Part shown: positions 39,012-48,979 of the stretch, one piece after another | Position numbering within the stretch: position 1 is the stretch's first letter | Layout of the letters: every line of letters begins with the position of its first letter | Source: Flavobacteriales bacterium | GTDB taxonomy: Bacteria > Bacteroidota > Bacteroidia > Palsa-965 | Reading direction: 5' to 3' | Assembly: GCA_040377305.1 (NCBI GenBank) | Contig: JBEIPA010000010.1 | Span: 123,960 to 187,959 of the forward strand | Length of the DNA: 64,000 nt | Translations under genes and position numbers: made by a program | The notes under the pieces: model-generated | What the model saw: only the letters and a program-made list of their open reading frames with translations | Told to the model about the DNA's origin: nothing | Database searches by the model: none

Positions 39012-39054
39012 GCTGATGTGCCGATATGCAAATATGCCGATGTGCCGATTAACT
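39012..39054. repeat. Octamer tandem array (GCCGATRT)
   Basis: GCTGATGT GCCGATAT GCAAATAT GCCGATGT GCCGATTA. Confidence 0.7.
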
Positions 39055-39058
39055 GAAA

Positions 39059-39931
39059 ATGGACAAAACAGAAGTACATGCTTTAATCAGTCTACTCGAC
39101 GATCCGGACGAGCAGGTTTATCTGCAGATCAAGGACAAGCTCCTTTCTATGGGCTTCGAAGTGATTCCTCACCTTGAAAGTGCCTGGGAAAATTCTTTCG
39201 ACACTATTTTACAGCAGCGCATTGAAGGAATCATTCATCGCATACAGAATGATGCTTTGGTCCGCGCAATTAAGGAATGGTCCTTGCCCGAAAATCAGGA
39301 TTTGCTGACCGGTGCATTGCTCATTGCTCGTTCTCAATATCCCGACATCAACGAATCGCAGGTTCGTAAACACATTGAGCAGATCAAGCAGGACATTTGG
39401 CTGGAATTGAATAATAATCTCACTGCGCTTGAAAAAGTTCGTGTGATCAATCACATCCTGTTTGATGTACACAACTTCAGCGGCAACACGAGCAACTTTC
39501 ACGCACCGCAGAATTCCTATCTCAACACGGTTCTTGAAACGAAGAAAGGCAACCAGGTTTCTTTGTCCATCATTTACGCGGTGATTGCACAAGACTTACG
39601 CATTCCTATTTACGGTGTTAATCTGCCTGAACATTTCATCCTTGCTTACGTCGATCAGTCCATTTCTCCTGCAGTCGCTGCGACGAATGATCTTGATGTT
39701 GTTTTGTTTTACATCAATCCCTTTTCACGCGGATCAGTTGTAAGCAAAAAAGAAATTGAAGCGTTTGTTCGTCAGCAACGACTCGAACCGAAGCCTGAGT
39801 TCTTCGCACCATGCTCGAATCTTTCTATCATTCGGAGATTGCTGAATAACCTGATGGCTTCGTATGAGAAGCTGGGTTATCCGAATAAGGTTGAGGAGTT
39901 GCGTGTGTTGCGGGATGCTTTGGAGGATTAA
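39059..39931 (+). CDS. Transglutaminase-like (Transglut_core2/SirB1-like) protein
   Basis: LISLLDDPD; FSGN..NSYLNTVLETKKGN..SLSIIY; GVNLPEHF; YINPF. Confidence 0.88.
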   Translation: MDKTEVHALISLLDDPDEQVYLQIKDKLLSMGFEVIPHLESAWENSFDTILQQRIEGIIHRIQNDALVRAIKEWSLPENQDLLTGALLIARSQYPDINESQVRKHIEQIKQDIWLELNNNLTALEKVRVINHILFDVHNFSGNTSNFHAPQNSYLNTVLETKKGNQVSLSIIYAVIAQDLRIPIYGVNLPEHFILAYVDQSISPAVAATNDLDVVLFYINPFSRGSVVSKKEIEAFVRQQRLEPKPEFFAPCSNLSIIRRLLNNLMASYEKLGYPNKVEELRVLRDALED

Positions 39932-39952
39932 TCAATTCACTTCTGGTGTTGT

Positions 39953-40162
39953 TCTTCGGCTGACCGCAAGCGGTCGCCGCCAATAAATATTTTTGGGGTG
40001 GGACATATTTTCTCGGAACATGCGATCCCTACAGGATCGTGTCGTTTACAATTTCACATGTCGTAAACGAAAACGACCTCAAAGAGATCGCATGTTCCGA
40101 GAAAATATGTCCCACCCCCTTGTTTTTTTTGCGGCGGCGATCGTGAAACGATCAGCCGAAGA
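39953..40162. repeat. Nested palindromic REP/REPIN-like element
   Basis: 33-bp perfect inverted repeat 39995-40027 / 40086-40118 plus outer arms carrying their own mini-hairpins. Confidence 0.85.
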
Positions 40163-40184
40163 GAACCACAGCGAAAATCTCGTG

Positions 40185-40703
40185 CTAGTAATAATGTAAC
40201 TGTATCTTCTCCGCACCTTCCTTCATCATTCCTCTCAACATCTTTTCCAGTGCAACTAAATCTTCAAGCAGAAATCCTCTGCGTATATATCCAATCTCCG
40301 GTGGGAATTGAGAATCGGGTGTGTGCTGCCACGCTTTCACCATCTGTTTGACTTTCTCTTTGTCGCCTTCGAGTGTAAGTTTGAGCAATTGTTCCTGAAG
40401 ATGTGATTGCGGTGCGGCACTATACTGAATCTGCTTGTACACATACGGATTCGCTTTCAGGCGTTCAATCAGTTGCTGCAGTGTGTGCAACATTCCGCTG
40501 ATGTCCTGCCAAACCGCCTCCTTAATTTTTTCCTTCTCTACAAAATTCATGAATGCAGAAAGGTCCAGTGCCATCAGTTTACTCAGCTGCATCACTTCGC
40601 TGTCCGATTCCCAACCGAGATGCATTTCAAAAAACTGACTCAACGACGGAGTCATCATTTGGGGGCTATCCTGATCGTTATCGGCGATGATGAAAATGTT
40701 CAT
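40185..40703 (-). CDS. Hypothetical protein
   Basis: Open frame; start set at ATG 40703 because TATTTTCA lies 5 nt upstream; no family recognised. Confidence 0.6.
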   Translation of the reverse strand: MNIFIIADNDQDSPQMMTPSLSQFFEMHLGWESDSEVMQLSKLMALDLSAFMNFVEKEKIKEAVWQDISGMLHTLQQLIERLKANPYVYKQIQYSAAPQSHLQEQLLKLTLEGDKEKVKQMVKAWQHTPDSQFPPEIGYIRRGFLLEDLVALEKMLRGMMKEGAEKIQLHYY

Positions 40704-40775
40704 TGGGGTGAAAATACGAATTTGTCCGCCCTCGGTACGCCTAAAATTTTGGCCAACTTGCTCCGCAAACAATTA

Positions 40776-40821
40776 AGTCTACCCGGACTGACAACGTAAT
40801 TCTTGTCAGTCCGGGTAGACT
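40776..40821. repeat. Perfect 19-bp hairpin (terminator or REP)
   Basis: AGTCTACCCGGACTGACAA-8 nt-TTGTCAGTCCGGGTAGACT downstream of DUF4199; no clear U tract. Confidence 0.65.
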
Positions 40822-40875
40822 CCAACATCCACGGAGTGGCGCGCGTTAAGATATTGTCGTACCGAGGGCTGATCA

Positions 40876-41433
40876 CTACGCCATCGTTGCACCCTGCTTC
40901 TTCCTCGACAACCAAAGTATCAACGAAGAAATGAGCGTGACCAGAATTCCGGTTGGCAGAATTTCGATGTACGTATAGAATGTGAATCCGAATGGGCTCT
41001 TATAGATAGCAGCATAGCCCGCCATTTCTTTGGAGATAGCCGCTATTTCAGCTTCTGATTTCCCTGCAGCCTTAGCAGATTCAATGGCAGCGGTAGAAAA
41101 CTGCACCATAAAATCAGGCATCACAAAGTTGTAGATGAACGCCCAGGTAATAACGTACATCGTTGAACCGATGAGCGAAATGATCAAACCGATTTTGCAC
41201 CCTTGCCAGAACGTGATGCTTCCTGCCTGGTATTTGTCGCGGAATGTTTTGATGGCAACGAAAATGAAAGAGAAGGCAATCAGCTGAGACGCGTAGCCGA
41301 TAAACATGCCATATTCCATATCACCGCCAACCTCAGCGCTGGAATGGTTGTTCACCCAGATCATGCTCAAAGCCATTACGCCTGAGACGATGACTCCTGC
41401 GATAAGTCCGAAAATGAGAATAAGTCGTGTCAT
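40876..41433 (-). CDS. DUF4199 family membrane protein
   Basis: Four TM helices; AIKTFRDK..G.ITFWQGCKIGL; PDF. Confidence 0.85.
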   Translation of the reverse strand: MTRLILIFGLIAGVIVSGVMALSMIWVNNHSSAEVGGDMEYGMFIGYASQLIAFSFIFVAIKTFRDKYQAGSITFWQGCKIGLIISLIGSTMYVITWAFIYNFVMPDFMVQFSTAAIESAKAAGKSEAEIAAISKEMAGYAAIYKSPFGFTFYTYIEILPTGILVTLISSLILWLSRKKQGATMA

Positions 41434-41734
41434 GTGTTTTTATGTTTTGGTGAATGATGTTGCGAAAATGGGCTGTGATCGCAGGTTTTCATTCATACTT
41501 TCGGGTGAATTCGTGCGGAATCATGCTAAAGTAGGAAAAGGGAACGCGGATTTTGAAGTGTAGTTCTTGCTATTGCCTTGCTCGGATCACTGTCCTGAAA
41601 CATCAACAGTCTGAATTCGATTTTATGAGATAAACTCAAACGTATCTCATAAGATCTGAGGCCGAAATATTCAATTTACCGCAATCATCCGAAGGAACGC
41701 ATAACACCTACCGGACGACAAAATCCGCGTTCCT

Positions 41735-42199
41735 TTATCTCACCAACCCCAACTTCCTTCCTTCGTCCACAGCTGCCGTCCTCCTTTTCACATCCAACTT
41801 GCTGAACAAATTCGAGGTATGGGTCTTGATTGTGTTCAACGACACGAACATCTTATCCGCAATTTCCTGGTTGCTCAGGCCTTGCGCCAAAAATTCAAGA
41901 ACCTCAATCTCCCGCTTGCTGAGTCCGAGGCGTTCTGCTTCTTTCTCGTTGAAGACAAAATTTTCTGCCGGAACGCGAATCTCCTTAATCACTTCAATGC
42001 GCTCCACCTTTGGTTTTGAAAGCTTCAATGCCAGCCAGATTCCGAGCGAAGTAAAAATCAATGCAATCGCCCCGATGTAAATTTCCATGGCGTGATCGAT
42101 CACCAGCAAACGATACTCGAGAAACTTCATGAGGAACAAGGCGAGACCTAAACCGAGGGCGTAGAGAATGATGAGTTTATGTCGGGCGAAGAAAGTCAA
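41735..42199 (-). CDS. Membrane-anchored LuxR-family transcriptional regulator
   Basis: Two N-terminal TM helices, then LSKREIEVL..GLSNQEIADKMFVSLNTIKTH; start uncertain (TTG 42199 proposed). Confidence 0.85.
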   Translation of the reverse strand: MTFFARHKLIILYALGLGLALFLMKFLEYRLLVIDHAMEIYIGAIALIFTSLGIWLALKLSKPKVERIEVIKEIRVPAENFVFNEKEAERLGLSKREIEVLEFLAQGLSNQEIADKMFVSLNTIKTHTSNLFSKLDVKRRTAAVDEGRKLGLVR

Positions 42200-42241
42200 T
42201 GATCTGATGTTTCGATGATGCAATGATACGATGAACTCGCG

Positions 42242-42423
42242 AAAATGGCTCCAGCGGAGCCACACATGTGTTGCAAAGATTCACTCCTTAACCCAAATTT
42301 TTCAACGGCGTGCGATCGAACCGAATCTACATTGAAAAAAAGTTCGATCGCACGCCGTTGAAAAATTTGGAGGGTTGGGGAAATCAATTTGCAACACATG
42401 TGTGGTCCCTACAGGACCATTTT
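42242..42423. repeat. Nested palindromic REP/REPIN-like element
   Basis: 29-bp (42293-42321 / 42342-42370) and 18-bp (42260-42277 / 42388-42405) perfect arms; terminal mini-hairpins. Confidence 0.85.
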
Positions 42424-43009
42424 ATGAGAAAATCCTCCCAATCGTTTTAAAAATCATTCCGATATCCGTTCCCAAATTCGCTTTGCTGATATACTCCAAA
42501 TTCAGTTTCAGCTTTGCCGGCATGATTTCTTCGATATAGGTTTTCTCAGGATCATTTGATTTGGACAACAGTTCGTTTTCCTCGAAGTATTGTAGTGACG
42601 CAACATCAGTTATACCCGGAAGAACATTCAAAACCTTGCGTTGTTCTTCATTGTACAGGTCAACATACTTACGCACTTCCGGACGTGGACCAACGAAACT
42701 CATGTCGCCCACAAGAACGTTGATCAACTGTGGAAGTTCATCTAATTTGTACTTGCGCAAAAAATAACCGCTACCTGTAATACGTGGATCGCGACCGCCA
42801 ACCGTAAGTAAACCTTTCTGATCAGAATCAGGACGCATGGAGCGGAATTTCCAGAGACGAAAATCGATGTTGTTCTTCCCTACACGCGTTTGACGATAAA
42901 ATATTCCGCCACGACTGTCAAGTAGAATCCAAATGGAAATGAAAACGAACGGAACGAATAGAACGATAAGTCCGATGAACGCGAAAAATAGGTCAAATAC
43001 ACGTTTCAT
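42422..43009 (-). CDS. Initiating phosphoglycosyl transferase (PglC-like, Bac_transf)
   Basis: KRVFD, KFRSM, DPRIT, LDELPQLINVLVGDMSFVGPRP, PGIT. Confidence 0.95.
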   Translation of the reverse strand: MKRVFDLFFAFIGLIVLFVPFVFISIWILLDSRGGIFYRQTRVGKNNIDFRLWKFRSMRPDSDQKGLLTVGGRDPRITGSGYFLRKYKLDELPQLINVLVGDMSFVGPRPEVRKYVDLYNEEQRKVLNVLPGITDVASLQYFEENELLSKSNDPEKTYIEEIMPAKLKLNLEYISKANLGTDIGMIFKTIGRIFS

Positions 43010-43091
43010 TTTTTATGCGCGCTCCTTTCTGACACGGGATTGTCACACTCCGTCAAGCCTGCGCTCACACTGACCGTTCCCCGGACTTTGT

Positions 43092-44306
43092 TCATGCTAC
43101 TCCAATCACTTCATGAACTGAACGCACAACGGCTTCGATCACCGTCTTCACCATTTCATCTGTCATATCATAGAACACCGGAAGAGAAATTTCCCGCGAG
43201 AAGTTTTTGTAAGTCACCGGATACTTCTTGATGTCGTGACCTTGTGACTTGTAAAAGCCGAGCATAGGTACCGGAATGAAATGCACGTTCACACTTACAT
43301 CGTAATCGAAAATTCGTTGGATGATTGCGTCGCGTTGTTCTTCTGTAATTCCTTTGATGCGCAGCGGATATAAATGACAGGATGAGAAACAATCGCCTGT
43401 GCGAACTATCGGCAATTCAGCCCATGAATACGCAGATAATGTCCAGTTGTACTGATCCATAATCTTCTCCCGTTTCACCAATGTGTCTTTGTCGTAACGC
43501 GCAAGTTCAACCAACCCGAAAGACGCCATGATGTCGGTCATGTTGCATTTGAATCCCGGCTCGACGATGTCGTACTTCCAGTTTCCTTTCTGCATTTTCG
43601 CAAGCGCGTCTTTGTTTTGTCCGTGAAGGATCGTTACACAAAGACCTGCGTAAACTTCTTCGTTGCTGAAAGGCTCAGGAAGATTCAATGCAATTGCTCC
43701 ACCTTCTGCAGTGGTGAGATTCTTCACTGCGTGAAAAGAGAAAACAGAAACATCTGTAAGTGATCCGGTCTTCTTGCCCTTGTATATTCCGCCAATTGAA
43801 TGTGCTGCATCAGATAAAACAAGAATGCGCCCGAGCTTTTTCTGAATATCCGTTGCAGCCACGAAAATTGGCTTCGCTTCCTGAGCAATTTGATTGATCG
43901 CATCGTAATCGCAAGGCCAACCACCGAAATCAACCGGCATGATGACTTTTGTCTTCGGAGTAATCGCCTTACGGATCGCCTCTGTGTTGATATTGAAATC
44001 GCTTGCGTTCACATCCACAAAAACCGGAGTTGCTCCGCGATGCATCACCACATTCGCCGTTGCAGCATACGTGTAAGCGGGAAGAATTACTTCGTCGCCC
44101 TCTTTCACGCCGAACCAGTGCAGCATAACTTCCAATCCCGCGGTTGCCGAGTTCACACAAACAGTTGCTTTGTTGCCGCAATACGCAGTGAGTTCCTTCT
44201 CAAAACGTTTTGTTTTCGGACCGGTAGTAATCCAGCCTGAGCGTAAAGTGTCCGTTACTTCATCGATTATTTTCTGATCGATACGGGGTGGTGAAAATGG
44301 AATCAT
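43092..44306 (-). CDS. DegT/DnrJ/EryC1/StrS sugar aminotransferase
   Basis: MIPFSPP, SGWITTGP, DAAH, FSFHAVKNLTTAEGG; start at ATG 44306. Confidence 0.93.
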   Translation of the reverse strand: MIPFSPPRIDQKIIDEVTDTLRSGWITTGPKTKRFEKELTAYCGNKATVCVNSATAGLEVMLHWFGVKEGDEVILPAYTYAATANVVMHRGATPVFVDVNASDFNINTEAIRKAITPKTKVIMPVDFGGWPCDYDAINQIAQEAKPIFVAATDIQKKLGRILVLSDAAHSIGGIYKGKKTGSLTDVSVFSFHAVKNLTTAEGGAIALNLPEPFSNEEVYAGLCVTILHGQNKDALAKMQKGNWKYDIVEPGFKCNMTDIMASFGLVELARYDKDTLVKREKIMDQYNWTLSAYSWAELPIVRTGDCFSSCHLYPLRIKGITEEQRDAIIQRIFDYDVSVNVHFIPVPMLGFYKSQGHDIKKYPVTYKNFSREISLPVFYDMTDEMVKTVIEAVVRSVHEVIGVA

Positions 44307-44312
44307 AGTTTC

Positions 44313-44436
44313 GGCATTAGGGCATTGAGGCATTTGGGCATTGAGGCATTTGGGAGTAGAGACAATTAGTTCGTGAGATAACACCCTGACTGCCGACTGC
44401 CCTACTGCTTACTGCCTACTGCCTACTGCCTACTGG
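44313..44436. repeat. Octamer array (GGCATTNN)x5 followed by a heptamer array (TACTGCC)
   Basis: GGCATTAG GGCATTGA GGCATTTG GGCATTGA GGCATTTG; GACTGCC..TACTGCT TACTGCC TACTGCC TACTGCC. Confidence 0.8.
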
Positions 44437-45664
44437 TTTTGGGCGAAATTACAGCGGTATCGGCTGCAAACAAAATGAAGCTGAATAAGAATCCGAACAA
44501 AAACGTACCTGCCTGCAATTGCAACATAGACTCCGGAATGAAGTTGAACGCCAACAACAACGCAAACAAAGCTGCAAATCCATACCTACGGCGAACCGCG
44601 ACAGTGAACGTTGTCAGAAAAATGCCAATGAGAAGTACCATTCCGGGCAACCCGAGGGCGATGCCCGTTTGAAGATACTGGTTATGCGCGTTGAGCTTAT
44701 GTTCTGCGGCGCCTGTCATTCCTGCGGCTTTGTACTTTTTCATCAATTCATCCTGCACATCTCCCGTTCCAACACCGGTTAGCATATTTTCAGAGAGCAA
44801 CTGCAGGTCTTGTTGCCAGATCAGTAATCGAACCTGACTACTCTCACTGGATGCGGGATCAATCGGTGCATTTGAAGTCAGTGTTTCCTTTAACGCATTC
44901 ACCCGTGCACCGATGGAAGGAAACACTTGTAGTGAGATGAAGAAACCTGCAATCAATACCACCAGCGCCGCAGCGGCAACAACGTAACGCTTAAATCGTA
45001 CTACCGCATAACCGATATAGAACAGGAACACCAGCACGAGTGAAATCAATCCGGTTTTTGAAGCCAGCATGAAAATGATGATGCAGAAGAAGAGAACAAA
45101 TGCGACCGCAATTGCTTTTTTATTCACGGGAACCTCTCGCAACAAAATTCCGTGAAAGCAGATCATGATTCCAACAACGTAGTAGAGCGACAGATAACTC
45201 GGATGACTGATGTCGCGAGAAAGTTGTTGATACGACCAAACATCTATACCCGGATCTGCATTGGTGAAAATGGATCGGACAATCATGAATACACCAACAC
45301 TGAGAAGACCCGCGAGGAAAACCTGAAGAACGAATTTTGTCTTGGCGTAATCATACCGCGTTGCAGCAAACACCACGGGAAAGAACAGAATGCTTGCTTT
45401 CACAGATAGACTTACAATTGCTTCGTCCCTGTTGTCAGACCAGAAAGCGGCAATGAAGTACAAGACCATCAAAGCTACAAACAACCAAAGTACCGGTTGT
45501 TGCCGCATATTTACCCAACGTTGTTTGTAGTCGCCTCCAATGAGCCAACAAACAACGAGCAGCACGCCCAACGGACCGATCAGAAAATTTGATGGTAACA
45601 TAAACGCGCATGCCACGGTCAAACCGTAAACCACCTGCTGCATTCGTGTTACATAATTCTGCAT
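44423..45664 (-). CDS. O-antigen ligase / Wzy_C family protein
   Basis: About 11 TM helices; SSQVRLLIW, GVGTGD, NAHNQYL, GLPG. Confidence 0.88.
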   Translation of the reverse strand: MQNYVTRMQQVVYGLTVACAFMLPSNFLIGPLGVLLVVCWLIGGDYKQRWVNMRQQPVLWLFVALMVLYFIAAFWSDNRDEAIVSLSVKASILFFPVVFAATRYDYAKTKFVLQVFLAGLLSVGVFMIVRSIFTNADPGIDVWSYQQLSRDISHPSYLSLYYVVGIMICFHGILLREVPVNKKAIAVAFVLFFCIIIFMLASKTGLISLVLVFLFYIGYAVVRFKRYVVAAAALVVLIAGFFISLQVFPSIGARVNALKETLTSNAPIDPASSESSQVRLLIWQQDLQLLSENMLTGVGTGDVQDELMKKYKAAGMTGAAEHKLNAHNQYLQTGIALGLPGMVLLIGIFLTTFTVAVRRRYGFAALFALLLAFNFIPESMLQLQAGTFLFGFLFSFILFAADTAVISPKTSRQ

Positions 45665-45667
45665 GTG

Positions 45668-46903
45668 CTAGTCCTTTTTCGCGGTGTGCATCTTCAACAA
45701 CATATAGAATGATTCTGCGATGTTGTTTCGTTCAAATTTTTCAGAGACGTAAGTTCGTCCGGCTTTACCCATTTGTTCAAACAAAGCTGGTTGAGTGATC
45801 ATACGCTGGACATTTTCCACGAGTGAAGCTACACTTTCCGGTTCGAAACCGAGTCCGCTTTTACCAGTCTCAATGAAAAGTTCCAATGCCTCACCTTCTA
45901 CTCCGAGCAAAATTGGCTTTTCCATGGCCAGACTTTCAAAAATCTTCGAAGGAATTGCTCCTTTAAATAGTTCGAGCTTTCTCAACGGAATTACCGAAGC
46001 ATCGATCATCTTCACAAATGCCGGCATTTCCGTTTTGGGAATAGCACTCAGGAACGTTACGTTGTTCAGCTTCATGTCGGCAGCCATCGTCATTAATCTT
46101 GCTTTCTCCGGACCTTCACCTAACAAAATGAACTTCGCATTCGGATCTGACTTCAGTTCATTGGCAGCGTTCAGAATAATTTCAAGTCCTTGTGCGTGTC
46201 CAATAATTCCCGCGTAACAGAACAAACGATCTTCATTTGAAAATCCAAACTTGCTCCGATCGGCCGATGCAATTTTCGAAGGATCGTAAAGCGAAATATC
46301 AACTCCGTTCGGCAACCAATACACGGTCTTCTTCGGAAAACGATCAGAGATATTCTTCACAATTCCCTGAGTTTGCCCGGTGATCAACGAAGAGCGCTTG
46401 TAGAGAAACTCTTCAAGCCACGTTGAAACTTTCAGGAGGAACTTGTTCTTCACCAAGCCAAGTTTCTCCGCACTCTCGGGCCACAAGTCAGAAACATTGA
46501 AGATCATTTTTGTCCGCTTCAATCGCGACAGCATAAATGCGGTAATCCCCAGAAAAAGTGGTGGCGATTCGCAAATCAGGAAGTCACTGCGTTTCATTCT
46601 CGCCAATCCTATCCAGAAAGATGAGAATACGAAAGAGAAATAATTCAGAAGTCGCGGAAAAATAGACTTACTCTTCGGGACGAATATCCAGCAGCGTGTT
46701 ACTTTGATTCCTTCAATCTCCTCTGTTATTCTCCACTTGCCGCGATAACCTTCATGAACTTCCATCTTCGGATAGTTCGGCATAGCTGTAATCACATGAA
46801 CATCGGCACCGTTCCTTTTCAAACGCACAGCCAGTTCGGAGAGGCGATTTTGAGGAGCTCCCACTTCCGGCGGATAATATTGCGTAAGGATGGTGATTTT
46901 CAT
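45668..46903 (-). CDS. Glycosyltransferase family 4 (WbuB-like)
   Basis: QYYPPEVGA, PNYP, DLWPE, YAGIIGHAQGL, IPSKIFE. Confidence 0.92.
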   Translation of the reverse strand: MKITILTQYYPPEVGAPQNRLSELAVRLKRNGADVHVITAMPNYPKMEVHEGYRGKWRITEEIEGIKVTRCWIFVPKSKSIFPRLLNYFSFVFSSFWIGLARMKRSDFLICESPPLFLGITAFMLSRLKRTKMIFNVSDLWPESAEKLGLVKNKFLLKVSTWLEEFLYKRSSLITGQTQGIVKNISDRFPKKTVYWLPNGVDISLYDPSKIASADRSKFGFSNEDRLFCYAGIIGHAQGLEIILNAANELKSDPNAKFILLGEGPEKARLMTMAADMKLNNVTFLSAIPKTEMPAFVKMIDASVIPLRKLELFKGAIPSKIFESLAMEKPILLGVEGEALELFIETGKSGLGFEPESVASLVENVQRMITQPALFEQMGKAGRTYVSEKFERNNIAESFYMLLKMHTAKKD

Positions 46904-48015
46904 TTCGTCAATACCTCCGCATACAATTGTTCGATATGATCAAGGTTCTTATTCCAGTCGTACAATTCCAATACGCGTTGCCTTCCTGCATCACCGAGTT
47001 TCCTTGAAAGTGCTTCATCGTTCAATAAGCGAAGAATTGTGTTCGCCGTTGCGCGCTCGTCGTTCTTCGGAACAAACAATGCAGTGTGTTTGTCAACAGC
47101 CACTTCTTTCAATCCACCAACGGCACTCACAACTGCTGGTTTACCGCAAGCCATTGCTTCAACCAGTGAAACGCCGAAACTCTCACTGTCGAGCACCGAA
47201 AGTGATGCAAACACGTCGAAGCTTTTATGATACTCCGCAACTTCTGCAGCAGGGATTTTCCCCGGCATAATAACATCATCTGCAATATTCAGTTCGCGTG
47301 CTAACAACTCGTATGCAGATCTGCGCGAGCCTTCGCCGGCTATAACCAATTTCACTTTGCCGGAATATTCCTTGCTCACCAATGCAAATGCACGAATGAG
47401 CACATCTATTCCGTATTTGTCCTCGAGGGATTTTACAAGTCCAACAATTTTTGTTCCGGCTTCAGAAACCAAAGTCGACTTTCCAGGCGAAAATGTATTC
47501 ACATCTACACCAAATGGTGTGACATCCACTTTACTGTCGACGTACTTCAGAATTTCCGTCTTCATCACATTGCTTGTGGAAAATATGCGGTCGGCACGTT
47601 TCAGGTTGTGAATGAGCATGCGTCGGTTCAGAAATCCTTTCTTCGGAAAATCAAAAACATCAGCGCCCCAGACGGAAATGATGAACGGATGAAATTTGGA
47701 TCGTGCGCCAAGCAACCCGTAAGATGTTGCGTAATGCGCGTGCACGACATCCGGCTTAAATTCTGCAATAACTTTCTTCACAACCGGAATCATCTTGAGA
47801 TAACTCAGCTTTCCGGCGTCACTCGTACGGAATTTATCTTTGCTATATGCTTGCGCTTCGAATACTGTAATCGCGGGGAATTGCTTCATCCAATCGCTGG
47901 TGGAACGATTGAGTGAAAATATTCCGATTTCGTACCCACGTGTTGCAAGCGACGATGCCCACTTCCTTGTGTGGGAAGAATCGACATCGGCCAAAAACAG
48001 TATTCTTCGTGACAT
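46900..48015 (-). CDS. Glycosyltransferase family 4
   Basis: HAHYATSYG, WGADV, ESFGVSLVEAMACG. Confidence 0.93.
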   Translation of the reverse strand: MSRRILFLADVDSSHTRKWASSLATRGYEIGIFSLNRSTSDWMKQFPAITVFEAQAYSKDKFRTSDAGKLSYLKMIPVVKKVIAEFKPDVVHAHYATSYGLLGARSKFHPFIISVWGADVFDFPKKGFLNRRMLIHNLKRADRIFSTSNVMKTEILKYVDSKVDVTPFGVDVNTFSPGKSTLVSEAGTKIVGLVKSLEDKYGIDVLIRAFALVSKEYSGKVKLVIAGEGSRRSAYELLARELNIADDVIMPGKIPAAEVAEYHKSFDVFASLSVLDSESFGVSLVEAMACGKPAVVSAVGGLKEVAVDKHTALFVPKNDERATANTILRLLNDEALSRKLGDAGRQRVLELYDWNKNLDHIEQLYAEVLTK

Positions 48016-48935
48016 TAGGTAACGCGTTGATCACCGGTGAAAAGGTACTTGAAAAACCTCCCGGCGGTATAGAGATACGCGCCCGCTTTATCAGCAAATG
48101 ATTGTGCAAAAGGTGCGGCTATTCCGAACAGAATCAGACGTGAAATGATGTGCAGAAAGCAGAATATGCTTGCAAACATCATGGCGAGAGTGCCCTGATG
48201 CTTGTTGTAGTATTTCAGTTTACTCAGAAGCTGGTTGGATATTGCTTTCTTCTGGTTTCGCTTAGCGCTTTGCCCGGAATGATGCGTGATTTGTGCCTCG
48301 GGAAAGTAAATCACTTTTCCACCCGCTTGTCTCACCCGGGTGGCGAAGTCTGCGTCTTCCATCCAGAAAAGTCTCGCGTCCAAACCACCGATTCTCAGGT
48401 AAAATTCACGTGTAAACAAGAGCGCAGCACCCGACAACATTCCCGGTTCAAATTGCTCCTGAAATTTGTCGTTCGGATAATCAGACACGCCGAAAACCTT
48501 GTGCAGAAAGAGTGATTCGAGTACCATATCCAACGGCTTGGGCCGTTTCCACGCCGAACGTTGCAGTGTACCGTCTGTATTCAGCAACCGGGGGCCAATC
48601 AATACGTTTGATTCCTCACCCGCGGCAAACAACAGCATCTTTCTGAGATCACCGTGAGCAATTTCAGTATCAGGATTCAACAAAAGAATTCTCGGTGCTG
48701 ATGAGCAATCCATTCCCTGATTGTTCGCTTGAGAAAAACCGACATTCGCGTTGTTCCCGATGAGCGTCACGAGAGAAAATTCATCGCGCACCATTTGAAC
48801 AGACTTGTCGGTGGACGCATTGTCAACAACGATGATCTCCGCTGCAACATCCTGCTCCACGATAGAGTTCAGGCAATTCCTCAGCAGGTCGCAAACATTG
48901 TAACTGACAATAACAATGGAGACTTCGAAACGCAT
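48015..48935 (-). CDS. Glycosyltransferase family 2 (WbbL-like)
   Basis: VIVSYN, VDNASTD, GFSQANN, LLNPD, ED; start at ATG 48935. Confidence 0.9.
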   Translation of the reverse strand: MRFEVSIVIVSYNVCDLLRNCLNSIVEQDVAAEIIVVDNASTDKSVQMVRDEFSLVTLIGNNANVGFSQANNQGMDCSSAPRILLLNPDTEIAHGDLRKMLLFAAGEESNVLIGPRLLNTDGTLQRSAWKRPKPLDMVLESLFLHKVFGVSDYPNDKFQEQFEPGMLSGAALLFTREFYLRIGGLDARLFWMEDADFATRVRQAGGKVIYFPEAQITHHSGQSAKRNQKKAISNQLLSKLKYYNKHQGTLAMMFASIFCFLHIISRLILFGIAAPFAQSFADKAGAYLYTAGRFFKYLFTGDQRVT

Positions 48936-48979
48936 CCGCTCAAAGTTAACGAACAATAGCAAAACTCTATCTTCGCAAT

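Noticed and set aside
39993-40199. 68-aa ORF across the palindrome
   Set aside because: Reads through the inverted repeat; TTG start and no coding features
43030-43090. Possible degenerate REP-like unit (TGTCACACT..GCTCACACTGAC)
   Set aside because: Too degenerate to support without a genome-wide search
44307-44384. N-terminal extension with QCPNA-like repeats on the aminotransferase
   Set aside because: Artefact of translating the intergenic octamer array; the family start is MIPFSPP
44313-44436. Tandem repeats as a CRISPR array
   Set aside because: Units are 7-8 nt with no unique spacers, and there are no cas genes
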